Shown one piece after another: positions 1 to 8,385 of a stretch of DNA of 35,493 bases. The notes beneath the pieces are model-generated. The model worked only from the letters and a program-made list of their open reading frames with translations. It searched no databases and was not told the origin of the DNA. This DNA comes from a virus (lineage: Duplodnaviria > Caudoviricetes). Position numbers and translations under genes: made by a program. The first letter of the stretch is position 1; every line of letters begins with the position of its first letter. The stretch covers positions 1 through 35,493 of IMG/VR virus record IMGVR_UViG_3300024181_000011; one strand, given 5' to 3'.

Positions 1-171
1 AAAAACTGACCGATATGGACATGGGGAGGTCGGTACGCTAAAACAATACCGACATAGTGTTGTGAGCAGTTGTGTTGCTGTGTGGGAGATTTGTGCCAGC
101 TTTGGACGTAGTTGTGTGTTTTCTACAAGGAGGTGTGGAAGAGAAATGCTGCGTGGCACTGTATGACCGTC

Positions 172-403
172 GTAGGGTGGGTCGAAAGCACCCTACCCAG
201 GCAGCGAAATATCCATCTTGGACAGGGTACTGGAACGATTTACCCTACCTCAGAGGGCTATTTACCCTACCTCGGCCCCGCAAGGCACGTCAATTGACCT
301 ACCCTGGTCCCCCGTGTGCACGTTTTGTTCCGGGCTACGCCCGCAGAAAGTGACCCTACCCTACCTCAGAGGGCTACCCTACCCTACCTCGAGCCTACCC
401 TAC
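172..403. repeat. Cluster of ACCCT/TACCCTACC short repeats with a 20-bp direct repeat (TACCCTACCTCAGAGGGCTA at 241-260 and 357-376)
   Basis: Read directly from the sequence; also hairpin GTAGGGTG/CACCCTAC at 172-196; no convincing ORF in the region. Confidence 0.85.
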
Positions 404-544
404 GCCGCTACGGGCGAAATTTGGTCTTTCTGGAGGATTTGTGCAAACGAGAGGCCACGGGGCAGGGCGCCGTAGCGCCCTGCTGTCAGTGGAAAAGGAC
501 TCGTAGTGCGAAGTAGACCATAAGGAAGCCCAGGAGCGTGTGGA

Positions 545-811
545 TCATGCGAAGTCCGCCGGGCTAAGCTCGGCCAGGGCCTTGTCGCCCGCAGCCATGA
601 TGATTGCCTTGCCAGTGTCATTGATGGACACAGAGGAGGCAATGGTCTTACCGGCTCGAAGTCCGGCAGCATGGCCCAGGTAGTAGAAGCGCCCAGGCAT
701 TGTGGGATGCGCGAAGACCGTGTAGCGCGACGAAACATGGTCCTTGATCCATGTCGCGCCGAGTGCATTTAGCCCGGCAAGGAGCCGGGCACGTTGAGTA
801 AGCTTGGCCAT
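545..811 (-). CDS. Hypothetical early phage protein (88 aa) ending in ELSPADFA
   Basis: ATG at 811 preceded by purine-rich AAGGGAAAG; the longer ORF-track start overlaps the upstream gene and terminator. Confidence 0.7.
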   Translation of the reverse strand: MAKLTQRARLLAGLNALGATWIKDHVSSRYTVFAHPTMPGRFYYLGHAAGLRAGKTIASSVSINDTGKAIIMAAGDKALAELSPADFA

Positions 812-844
812 TGTCTTTCCCTTACACAAGATAGGGTTGAACGA

Positions 845-868
845 AAGGGGGGCTCGAAAGCCCCCCTT
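845..868 (-). terminator. Hairpin / probable intrinsic terminator with UUCG loop
   Basis: 10-bp perfect stem AAGGGGGGCT/AGCCCCCCTT, loop TTCG on minus strand, just after the stop of 876-1373; short U tract. Confidence 0.6.
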
Positions 869-875
869 GCCTTGC

Positions 876-1373
876 TTACTCTGCCGCCACGTCGAAGTCG
901 AAGTCCTCGACGTTGCCCGCGTCAGCCATGCGCTTCTCCGCCTCGGCCCGCACCTTTGCGGCCCGATCCGGGTTTGCCATGTAGCCCGCGACGATCGCCG
1001 CAAGCTTCTCGGCGCTGCCCTTGCCGCTGGGGAGTTTCTTCCCCTTGGATGCGGCCCAGGCCGTGACCCACTCGGTCGCGACAAGCTTGACGAACTTGTC
1101 GATACCGACAACGCGTGGTCCGCCGACTCGCGTTCCGACTTCGCCAGCGCAAATGGCATCGAAGCGCTTCTGCATCTTCTCAGCCTTGAGCGCCTTCACC
1201 TCGTCGTCGCTCTTGCCCTCGGTGTCCTTTTTCGCAAGGGCGACCGAATCAGTGAGCGACTGGCTGAAGCCGTTTTGCAACAGGTAGGCGATTGCCTTCT
1301 CGTTCATGTCGAGCGGATTGACCTCGAAGCCGTGGGCCTTGAGGATCAAGCCGTCAGGGATATTGATAGTCAT
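876..1373 (-). CDS. Hypothetical early phage protein (165 aa) with acidic C-terminus
   Basis: ATG at 1373 with AAAGG upstream; Ala/Lys-rich helical protein-like sequence ending EDFDFDVAAE. Confidence 0.8.
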   Translation of the reverse strand: MTINIPDGLILKAHGFEVNPLDMNEKAIAYLLQNGFSQSLTDSVALAKKDTEGKSDDEVKALKAEKMQKRFDAICAGEVGTRVGGPRVVGIDKFVKLVATEWVTAWAASKGKKLPSGKGSAEKLAAIVAGYMANPDRAAKVRAEAEKRMADAGNVEDFDFDVAAE

Positions 1374-1543
1374 TGTGATTTGTGCCTTTCGTTTGCCAAG
1401 GGGATCGTGTTTTCCCTTGGTCTTTGCCTTAGTCGAAGCCTCGTGCACCCGGTATTTTGTCGCGCCCCCGGATAGGGTGGTCGAAAGTCTTAGCCCGCTT
1501 TGCGTTCCGTCATTAAGTGCCTTTCGCCGTTTCGATGGACATA

Positions 1544-1572
1544 GACTTAAAGGGCCGAAGGCCAAAGGTCAA
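1544..1572 (-). promoter_or_regulatory. Possible leftward sigma70-like promoter
   Basis: Minus-strand TTGACC followed at 16-17 nt by TTAAGT/TAAGTC, upstream of the leftward genes. Confidence 0.3.
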
Positions 1573-1839
1573 TAGGAAAAATGCACGGCTTTGCATTTTT
1601 CTTTAAGGGCCGGCACTTTGTCGGCCTGGGTGGGCAGGATTGGCCGAAAATGCCATGCCGTGCCCGTGGATGCGCGAAGGCACGTCGCCCGTGTAGGATG
1701 CCCGGAAATGGCTTCACCCCATTGGGCGACGTTGGCATGACGTTGTATGGCATTGCGACCCGTTCTGATCCGGGCGTGCCCGTGCGACGTGCCCGCACGC
1801 GCGAACCACAACGCCCGGTCGAAGTCAATCCCCTTTGTA

Positions 1840-1855
1840 ATCACAAAGTTGTGAT
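1840..1855. promoter_or_regulatory. Palindromic operator-like site ATCACAA-AG-TTGTGAT
   Basis: Perfect 7-bp inverted repeat in the divergent intergenic region, 21 nt upstream of TTGACA. Confidence 0.45.
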
Positions 1856-1876
1856 CACGCTTCGCGCGGCCAGCCA

Positions 1877-1905
1877 TTGACAGTGCAAGGCTGGCCGTGC
1901 ATTGT
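1877..1905 (+). promoter_or_regulatory. Putative sigma70 promoter TTGACA-N17-CATTGT
   Basis: Consensus -35, 17-nt spacer, upstream of ORF 1930; flanked by GGCCAGCC/GGCTGGCC inverted repeat. Confidence 0.5.
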
Positions 1906-1929
1906 CATCGGGCATGACAACGAAAGGCA

Positions 1930-2226
1930 ATGCCAATGTCCAACCTTGCGGAAAACTTCCGCTTTACCCAGGCTAAGTATTGGGAAAGCGGCAAACGTGG
2001 CTATGACGATGCTGTGGAACGCGCGGTCAATCGCCTTGGTGCAATCAGGCTCGGACCAATAGAGCACGATGGCTATCGTGATGTTCCGGGCGATATGCCT
2101 GCTAGCCTGTACCGCTTTCGTGATGGCTCGCTATGCATCATCGGCGATGATGGCTCATGGTGCAGCAAGGCACCAAAGCAAAACAGGTTCAAGGTGACGG
2201 CTGATTTGGATAGATCGCAGCGGTAG
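1930..2226 (+). CDS. Hypothetical protein (start 1930 or 1936)
   Basis: AAAGG RBS at 1923-1927, promoter upstream and terminator downstream. Confidence 0.7.
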   Translation: MPMSNLAENFRFTQAKYWESGKRGYDDAVERAVNRLGAIRLGPIEHDGYRDVPGDMPASLYRFRDGSLCIIGDDGSWCSKAPKQNRFKVTADLDRSQR

Positions 2227-2235
2227 ACTGCAAAT

Positions 2236-2260
2236 GGGGGAGCAAGGGCTCCCCCTTCTT
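2236..2260 (+). terminator. Intrinsic terminator
   Basis: GGGGGAGC-AAGG-GCTCCCCC stem followed by TTCTT, 10 nt after stop codon. Confidence 0.65.
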
Positions 2261-2409
2261 GCCTGAGTCGGGGGCGTAGCCCCCTGGGGGTATGGTGTCC
2301 GGCGCAATTGCTTAGAATGCTTTGCAGGACCACCAAATATAGTTTTGACTTTTTTGCATTTTCTTGTAGCTGGTACTTCTACTATACTATTGCCCACGCA
2401 AAATTTTCA

Positions 2410-2438
2410 TTGACCACATATCCCCGATCGGATACCAT
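2410..2438 (+). promoter_or_regulatory. Putative sigma70 promoter TTGACC-N17-TACCAT for the HNH gene
   Basis: Near-consensus -35/-10 with 17-nt spacing, AT-rich upstream sequence. Confidence 0.55.
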
Positions 2439-2469
2439 AGACTTTGGTCCTATCGGGGAGGAATACCAG

Positions 2470-2961
2470 ATGCCGTTCATTTCCTTAGCTGCTAAAAGTC
2501 TTGCTACAAAACGTGTACGGACTGAGAACAAGAAGCGCGCTGTGGAGTATCTTGGCAAATTCTGCGCGATCTGCGGATTGGAATACCATTTCTCCTCGAT
2601 GACATTTCATCATTGCCGCGGAGGTGCAAAGCTTGCAGAAGTCAGTGCGCTGCTACAACATCGTTGGGAGACAATACAAGCAGAATTGGATAAGTGTGAG
2701 CTTGTTTGTTCGAATTGTCATATGTCTGGACATTGGAAAGACAGGAATGGAGATAAAGAAGAGGCAGTCAGGAATAGTCTGCAGCCAAAACCGACTAATA
2801 CTTGCGCACGCTGTGGTGCAGTGTTTCTTATGAATCGAGTAACAAGGCAGTATTGTTCAACGAGATGCAAGAAACAGGCAAAAAGAGCAAGGGATAGAAA
2901 GATATATGCAGCTATAGTAGATGAAAATGAGTTGAAACCAGAAGATTTTCTGGAAATTTAA
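2470..2961 (+). CDS. HNH endonuclease with C-terminal zinc finger
   Basis: CAICG...FHH...ELDKCELVCSNCH motif; second CARC...YCSTRC finger; GGGGAGG RBS before ATG 2470; visibly more AT-rich than neighbours. Confidence 0.85.
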   Translation: MPFISLAAKSLATKRVRTENKKRAVEYLGKFCAICGLEYHFSSMTFHHCRGGAKLAEVSALLQHRWETIQAELDKCELVCSNCHMSGHWKDRNGDKEEAVRNSLQPKPTNTCARCGAVFLMNRVTRQYCSTRCKKQAKRARDRKIYAAIVDENELKPEDFLEI

Positions 2962-3068
2962 GAATCAGCCCACTTCACGATGGTCATACGAGCCCACGCA
3001 GGGGCCGTTCCGGCCCCAACCCGTAGGGTCGGACGGGCTTTCCCGCGTGCTTGCTGCATGATCCGCCT

Positions 3069-3650
3069 ATGGACGACACATTCACCATGAGCCGGAAGGG
3101 CCAGAGCGCCGAGGTCTTGCACCTGGAGGTGCTTAGGGAACTGACTCCAGAGGACTTCGACACGCAGCTCCCCCGCGTCGGCCCAGCCCCCATCAAAGTC
3201 CTGCGCCAGACCCATCACCTCGCCGCGCGCCTCATGGCCGAGGGGCGGCCAAACATCGAAGTGAGCGCAATCACGGGCTACACGCAAGCGCGGATCAGCA
3301 CTTTTCGCAGCGATCCTGCCTTCGTCGAACTCATGGACTATTACAAGGTCCAGGTGCAAGCACAATACGCGAATGTCCATGAGCGCCTTGCGGCCTTCGG
3401 CTTTTCGTGTCTCGAAGAGGCTCAGCAAAGACTTGATGAGAATCCAGAGGATTTCTCGCTGCAAGAGCTAAGGCAATGGATGACCGCGACCTTTGATCGG
3501 TCCATCGCCCCGAGCAAGAACGCCTCGGCGCAGCAGGGCGCTATCGCACCTCCTGTCGTCATCAACGTCCAATTCCACCAGCCTGAGCCTCAAGGCGTCG
3601 TCCTTGACAATGTCCCTAGTCGGCCAAGCGGCCCAGGTTCTGAGGGCTAG
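3069..3650 (+). CDS. HTH DNA-binding protein, candidate terminase small subunit
   Basis: HTH-like LMAEGRPNIEVSAITGYTQARISTFRSDPAF, helical middle and C-terminal VVINVQF strand, an arrangement typical of TerS; start could be 3069 or 3087. Confidence 0.55.
   Translation: MDDTFTMSRKGQSAEVLHLEVLRELTPEDFDTQLPRVGPAPIKVLRQTHHLAARLMAEGRPNIEVSAITGYTQARISTFRSDPAFVELMDYYKVQVQAQYANVHERLAAFGFSCLEEAQQRLDENPEDFSLQELRQWMTATFDRSIAPSKNASAQQGAIAPPVVINVQFHQPEPQGVVLDNVPSRPSGPGSEG
3616..3640 (+). repeat. 25-bp direct repeat copy 1 (CTAGTCGGCCAAGCGGCCCAGGTTC)
   Basis: 24/25 identity with 4608-4632. Confidence 0.9.
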
Positions 3651-3652
3651 GC

Positions 3653-3913
3653 ATGGCGGACTTTGCGAAGCTCCCTAAAGGTCCAGATTCTGCAATGCGC
3701 TCGTGGACCCTCATGGACATACAAGGGCACCTCGCCCCCGTGGGCCTTGCCAAGCTCATTTCAGCAGACGCAGGCTGGATCAAGTTCCTCACCGGCGACG
3801 GCCGCATCATCATGTTCTCGACAAGGAACGTCTTCGGAGCAGAGCAAGTCAACGAGGATAAGCTGCCAGTTGAGCTGGGCCTTGCCACTACGCGAGGCGC
3901 ACCAAGTGCATAG
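3653..3913 (+). CDS. Hypothetical protein
   Basis: Tightly packed between neighbours, GAGG upstream. Confidence 0.75.
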   Translation: MADFAKLPKGPDSAMRSWTLMDIQGHLAPVGLAKLISADAGWIKFLTGDGRIIMFSTRNVFGAEQVNEDKLPVELGLATTRGAPSA

Positions 3914-4376
3914 CCCCTGGGGACACAGAGTTATCCGCGGCCTGCGCTGGGCTCGCCCCTGCCAAAGGCCTAGCTGCATCCCAAGGGGACGCCCAAGGGG
4001 AGTTAAAGCCTTGGGTCTGTCGTATGAAAGGGCCTTCGGCAAGGCCCTGCCCCGCCAAGCCAAGCTTGGCCCCTGGTTCGAGTTCGAGGACATGGACGGG
4101 CCTGGGTTCTGTCAGCCAGACGCCATCCTATCCGTGCGAAATGGGCCGATCCTCGTCTTCGAATGCAAGTTAAGTGACACTCCTGCCGGTCGAGCCCAGC
4201 TCGACGAGCTTTACTTGCCTGTTGTTCGTAAGGCTTTCGGCCGAGAGGCCGAAGGCGTCGTGGTAACAAAGCACCTCAAGCCAGGCTCTACTCAGATCGC
4301 TACGAGCCTGCGTGAGATCTTCTCCGCGGCTTGGCCATGTCCAACCCTGCATTGGCGCGGAGCACCGCTCCTATGA
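3906..4376 (+). CDS. PD-(D/E)XK-family nuclease-like protein
   Basis: QPDAIL...VFECKL motif and QLDELY helix; GTG start at 3906 with GAGG upstream. Confidence 0.7.
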   Translation: MHSPWGHRVIRGLRWARPCQRPSCIPRGRPRGVKALGLSYERAFGKALPRQAKLGPWFEFEDMDGPGFCQPDAILSVRNGPILVFECKLSDTPAGRAQLDELYLPVVRKAFGREAEGVVVTKHLKPGSTQIATSLREIFSAAWPCPTLHWRGAPLL

Positions 4377-4648
4377 ACATCACCATGCACTCCACGCAAA
4401 GTGCCGAGCAGCAACTTCGTGCAATGCTGCGTTCCGCCATGTGTCTACTTGTCGATGCAAGAAGAAGGCTGAATATTGCTGATATTCCCAGCACTTTTGG
4501 CTCAGCAACAGATGACATCGACGACTTTCTCATTGCTGCAGACATCTTAATGCCAGGCACCCTTGCTGAGATCGAGAATCCAGCAGAACCAGTCAACAAG
4601 GAAGCGTCTAGTCGGCCAAACGGCCCAGGTTCGAGCACGCCCGCATGA
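4373..4648 (+). CDS. Hypothetical protein
   Basis: ATGA overlaps at both ends, GGAG upstream. Confidence 0.7.
   Translation: MNITMHSTQSAEQQLRAMLRSAMCLLVDARRRLNIADIPSTFGSATDDIDDFLIAADILMPGTLAEIENPAEPVNKEASSRPNGPGSSTPA
4608..4632 (+). repeat. 25-bp direct repeat copy 2 (CTAGTCGGCCAAACGGCCCAGGTTC)
   Basis: 24/25 identity with 3616-3640. Confidence 0.9.
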
Positions 4649-5805
4649 CAAGCATCCTCCCCAACGCCAAGACCCAGTTCTTCGACGCTCAAGGCAACCC
4701 CCTGGCCGGGGGCAGCGTAGGATTTTATATCCCGGCGACCTTGGTCTTCAAGACCACCTGGCAGGATGCGTCGCAAGCGACGCCAAACGCGAACCCTGTC
4801 ATCTTGGACGCGGCGGGCGAAGCTCAGATCTGGGGAACGGGGACATACAGACAGATCGTCAAGGACAGCCTTGGAAACGTAGTTTGGGATCAGGTCACGC
4901 AGGAGCCTCTTGCCGGCTTCGTCGCGCAGACAAAGAACAAGATCTTTGCCGGGCCGAGCACGGGCGTGGACGCTACGCCAACGTTCAGGGCCCTGGTAGA
5001 CGCCGACATTCCAGGGACGTTTTCGACGCCCAAGGCCATGAGCGGAGCGGCCTTCAACGAGGCGCACGGGGCCGACATCGCGAGCGCCGCGACGGTCGAT
5101 CTGACTCTTGCTACAGGCAACGTCGTAGACATCACCGGCACGACCTCGATCACGGCCTTCACCCTGCCCGAGGGCTTCGAGCGCATCGTGCGCTTTACGG
5201 ACGTTCTGACTATTACGCCTGGGGCTAGCCTCATCGTGCCCGGAGGCCTTGCCTTCGCCACTGCGGCCGGGGACTTTGCCTGGCTAAGAGGTTATGCTGC
5301 TGGCGTGGTGCGGATTGAACAATATTATCGCCTCGCTTGGCCTCCCGGCGGCGGCAGAGTGGCGCAAGTGCAGAACTCGCAAACGGGCGCCGTTGCCACA
5401 GGCACCACGGCGATGCCTGTGGACGATACTGTGCCACAACAAACCGAAGGCGATCAATACCTCACCAAGGCCATCCAGCCGACAAGCGCAACGAGCCTAC
5501 TTATCATCGAGGGCGTCCTTGTCCTGGCCTCGAGCACTGGCAGCGCTCTGCTTGGCATCGCCTTGTTCCAGGACGCTACGGCGGCGGCTTTGGCGGCCTG
5601 GCGAAGTGATCAGGGAGGGGCCGGGACAGCAAGGGTGATTCCGTTCCGTCACGTTATGGTCGCCGGAACCGTGGCCAGCACGACATTCAAAATTCGTGCT
5701 GGCGATAATGCAGGCGGAACGACGACCTTGAATGGCGTGGCCGGCGGGCGGATCTTCGGCGGCGTCATGGCAAGCACATTGACAATCACAGAGGTGCTTC
5801 AGTGA
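4645..5805 (+). CDS. Tail fibre/tailspike protein
   Basis: N-terminal podovirus attachment-type motif QFFDAQGNPLAGG...NANPVILDAAGEAQIW; Thr/Ala/Gly-rich beta-type body. Confidence 0.8.
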   Translation: MTSILPNAKTQFFDAQGNPLAGGSVGFYIPATLVFKTTWQDASQATPNANPVILDAAGEAQIWGTGTYRQIVKDSLGNVVWDQVTQEPLAGFVAQTKNKIFAGPSTGVDATPTFRALVDADIPGTFSTPKAMSGAAFNEAHGADIASAATVDLTLATGNVVDITGTTSITAFTLPEGFERIVRFTDVLTITPGASLIVPGGLAFATAAGDFAWLRGYAAGVVRIEQYYRLAWPPGGGRVAQVQNSQTGAVATGTTAMPVDDTVPQQTEGDQYLTKAIQPTSATSLLIIEGVLVLASSTGSALLGIALFQDATAAALAAWRSDQGGAGTARVIPFRHVMVAGTVASTTFKIRAGDNAGGTTTLNGVAGGRIFGGVMASTLTITEVLQ

Positions 5806-6128
5806 CCTGGTTTGTGCATCGCAAGGACGACGGCAGCATTGCCTTTCTTGGCCGTGAAGCGCAGAAGGGCTACAACGAAGAGGCGCTTGCTGACAATGAT
5901 CCTGCCATTGTGGCATTCTTCACGCAGAGCCCTGCGCAGGTCGCCCTAGCGACGCTCCAGGCCAATGACGCGCAGATTTTCAGGGCCCTGGAAGTCATTG
6001 TGGACTTGCTCCTTGGCAAGAACGTGACCGCTGGGCAGCCCTTGCTCGTCGCCGGGGACTTCCCGCAGGGGCTTCGGCAGCTTTACCTTGCCCGGAAAGC
6101 CTTGCGTGCTCAGGCAGGAGTCCCATGA
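5802..6128 (+). CDS. Probable tail fibre assembly/chaperone-like protein
   Basis: Small gene coupled (GTGA) directly after the fibre; C-terminal ARKALRAQ helix. Confidence 0.55.
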   Translation: MTWFVHRKDDGSIAFLGREAQKGYNEEALADNDPAIVAFFTQSPAQVALATLQANDAQIFRALEVIVDLLLGKNVTAGQPLLVAGDFPQGLRQLYLARKALRAQAGVP

Positions 6129-6208
6129 TGTGCTTGCATGACTGGTGGTACGCTGGCCAGTGGCGCTTTTGCCCCCATTGCAGCAAGGCTGAACGACGGA
6201 GACTCCCC

Positions 6209-6703
6209 ATGCGAAGCCTAGTCATTGCCCTTGCGCTGGCGCTGTGCGCGAGCGGAGCCCAGGCACAATCTACGGTCAAGATCTGCGCCCCCATTGCCAA
6301 TCCACAGGGAGCGGTGAGTTGTCAAGATGTGCCCGGTGTCATCGGCCCCGGCGGAGTGGTCATGCTTGGCGCTGCGCTCGCTCCAAGCAACGTGGAGGTC
6401 ACGCAGAGCAGCGTGACCCTTGCCGCTGCGACGACAAACACCCTCATCGCCGCGAATACGGCGCGGCGCTATCTTTGCTGGATGAACGCCGGCACAGCCC
6501 CGATGACCGTAGTTCCGGTCTCAACCGGAACTACGCCGAGCACTGTGACTGTCGTCGCCGGCACCGGCATGAACTACGATCCTGGCAGCAGCGCCATAAA
6601 TCAGGGCGGCGGCTTTTGCCTTGAAAACTCCAGCATCACCAAGCAGGCGTTCCGAGCGATAAGCACAGCGGGAACAACGGCTATCGTGTGGGAGGGACAA
6701 TGA
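6209..6703 (+). CDS. Exported protein with Sec signal peptide (alternative in-frame start at 6125 adds a Cys/His mini-domain)
   Basis: GGAG RBS at 6198-6201; MRSLVIALALALCASGAQA signal with AQA site; beta-rich ANTARRYL domain; 4 Cys after the signal. Confidence 0.75.
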   Translation: MRSLVIALALALCASGAQAQSTVKICAPIANPQGAVSCQDVPGVIGPGGVVMLGAALAPSNVEVTQSSVTLAAATTNTLIAANTARRYLCWMNAGTAPMTVVPVSTGTTPSTVTVVAGTGMNYDPGSSAINQGGGFCLENSSITKQAFRAISTAGTTAIVWEGQ

Positions 6704-7887
6704 TCATGCGCCGCTTTGTCCTTGCCCTCCTTGCCTGCCTCTTGGCAGGCCAGGCCTTTGCCGGCGCTACGCTTCCGCCAAACCCGCGCCAGCGTCTCTC
6801 TGCTACACTTAGCTACACCGTCGCGCATAGCACAGGCAACGACGCGAACTCGTGCCTGAGCTTCGCTACGGCCTGCAAAACAATCCAAGGTGCTGTCAAT
6901 CTTGCGTATAGCAAGCTCGACACGGCGGGGAACACAGTAAATATTCTGCTCTCGGTTCCGCAGGGGCCATATACTGAAACGACCACGATCAATGGGCCGA
7001 TGGTCGGAGGTGGCACCCTTGTCATCACGACCATTACCGGCGGCCCTGCGCTTGTTACCACCACCAGCGCCAACGCCTTCACCGTCAACGGCGGCGCGAG
7101 CGTCCAGTTCAAGAACTTGCAGATCAGTACGATCACCAGCGGCGCCGGCATTATTGCAAATAATGGTAGTACCGTTACCATTGGCAGCGGCATGGTTTTT
7201 GGCAACGTCGTCGCTGCGATGCTTGACAGCAGGTCGTATTCCAACATAGTGTTGTCCAGCGGATATACGATCTCTGGCAACGCCACCTCGGCCATCCATG
7301 CCGATGGTATGGGCTCGCTCTTGCTTGATAACCAGGTCATCACCTGCACGGGTTCGCCGGCCTTCTCGGCCTATTTCGTCGGCGTCGGCACGGGCTACGT
7401 CGAGGCGATCGGGACGACCTTCTCGGGTTGCGGAACGGTAACGGGGCTAAGGTTCCTGGTCAACAACAATGGCGCGCTGCGAACTGACAATGGCAGCCTG
7501 ACGTTCTTCCCAGGCGACACGCAAGGCTACACGGTCAAGGGCGGTGCCTTTGATAGCCTTATCACCTCGATCCGCACCATCGCAAGTGGCTCGAGTGATA
7601 CGACAGCAAGCGACGGTATTGGCGGAATGCGAGATGCGACGATTTTGTGGAAAAGTGCGTCTGGCGCACCAAAATCGCAAGTGCTCGTGCCGTGTACTGG
7701 TACCGGCCCCTTTCAACAAGTAACAATCAAGGATTCGCAGGGCGATGCCAATACGCAGCCGATCACCATAACGGCATCGGCCACGACCTTCGATGGCGCA
7801 GCCAACCGAGTGATCAATACAGCCTTCGGTGCTGTGACTTTGCAATGCAACCAAGTAAGCGACTACAACGTGATATCAAGCAAATGA
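6700..7887 (+). CDS. Exported tail-fibre/beta-helix-like protein with Sec signal peptide
   Basis: MIMRRFVLALLACLLAGQAFA signal; TGNDANSCLSFATACKTIQGA matches the GxDxNxG...KTIQxA beta-helix cap; C-terminal fibre-like TIKDSQGDANTQPITI. Confidence 0.75.
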   Translation: MIMRRFVLALLACLLAGQAFAGATLPPNPRQRLSATLSYTVAHSTGNDANSCLSFATACKTIQGAVNLAYSKLDTAGNTVNILLSVPQGPYTETTTINGPMVGGGTLVITTITGGPALVTTTSANAFTVNGGASVQFKNLQISTITSGAGIIANNGSTVTIGSGMVFGNVVAAMLDSRSYSNIVLSSGYTISGNATSAIHADGMGSLLLDNQVITCTGSPAFSAYFVGVGTGYVEAIGTTFSGCGTVTGLRFLVNNNGALRTDNGSLTFFPGDTQGYTVKGGAFDSLITSIRTIASGSSDTTASDGIGGMRDATILWKSASGAPKSQVLVPCTGTGPFQQVTIKDSQGDANTQPITITASATTFDGAANRVINTAFGAVTLQCNQVSDYNVISSK

Positions 7888-7991
7888 GCAAGGCAGAGTG
7901 GCGGCTTCGCCAAAGCGAAGCCCTGCGCCAAGTGGAGCGGGACAAGCAAGGCTGGGTGCCTGCATGGCCGGAGGCGCCGCATGGCCTTTGA
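7884..7991 (+). CDS. Small hypothetical protein (35 aa)
   Basis: ATGA-coupled to the upstream stop; fills the gap before the endolysin. Confidence 0.45.
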   Translation: MSKAEWRLRQSEALRQVERDKQGWVPAWPEAPHGL

Positions 7992-8385
7992 CCGCGAAAT
8001 AACGGCCTTGACGGTCTTCTGCGAGGCTAGTGGGGCTTCGCCCGGCGAGCGCCTCGCGGTGCTCCACGTTATGTTTAACCGATGGAAAAGCGGCCGCTTT
8101 GGCGCCACCTTGGCAGAAGTTTGTCTGCAGCGTTTCCAGTTCTCCGAGTGGAACGATGACAAGGCCGACAATGCCAATCTGCGAAGAGGGGCAAGAGTAA
8201 GGGACGATGATCCTGTGCTGCGAAGCATTTTGGAGGCCTATGAGAGTGTCTTGGCTGGTGGCCTGGATACGACAAGAGGTGCGCTGCATTATCATGACAA
8301 AAGCATTCCGGTGCCCTCTTGGGCGCGCCAGGCGGCCATAAGCCTTGAGACTGACCACTTTGTGTTCTATGTAGGTGTTGCATGA
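7981..8385 (+). CDS. Endolysin, SleB/CwlJ-like cell wall hydrolase (Hydrolase_2 family)
   Basis: TVFCEASG catalytic Glu, VMFNR, QFSEWN, GALHYH, PSWA, HFVFY motifs; GGAGG RBS. Confidence 0.9.
   Translation: MAFDREITALTVFCEASGASPGERLAVLHVMFNRWKSGRFGATLAEVCLQRFQFSEWNDDKADNANLRRGARVRDDDPVLRSILEAYESVLAGGLDTTRGALHYHDKSIPVPSWARQAAISLETDHFVFYVGVA

Noticed and set aside
241-403. Possible CRISPR or mini-array
   Set aside because: Only two 20-bp copies 96 nt apart amid irregular pentamers; no regular repeat-spacer period and no cas genes
72-516. Several short ORFs over the left-end repeats
   Set aside because: Translations merely reflect the repeats (LPYL, YPT, TLP); no consistent RBS
680-712. HPTMPGRFY in the 545-811 protein resembling the DPTRPGKY portal-tail module
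   Set aside because: Only a few residues match and the ARRA.DG.WY half is missing; likely chance
804-1475. 223-aa plus-strand ORF
   Set aside because: Antisense to the better-supported minus-strand gene 876-1373
2308-2469. N-terminal extension of the HNH ORF in the ORF track
   Set aside because: Region contains promoter and RBS for ATG 2470 and is T-rich non-coding-like
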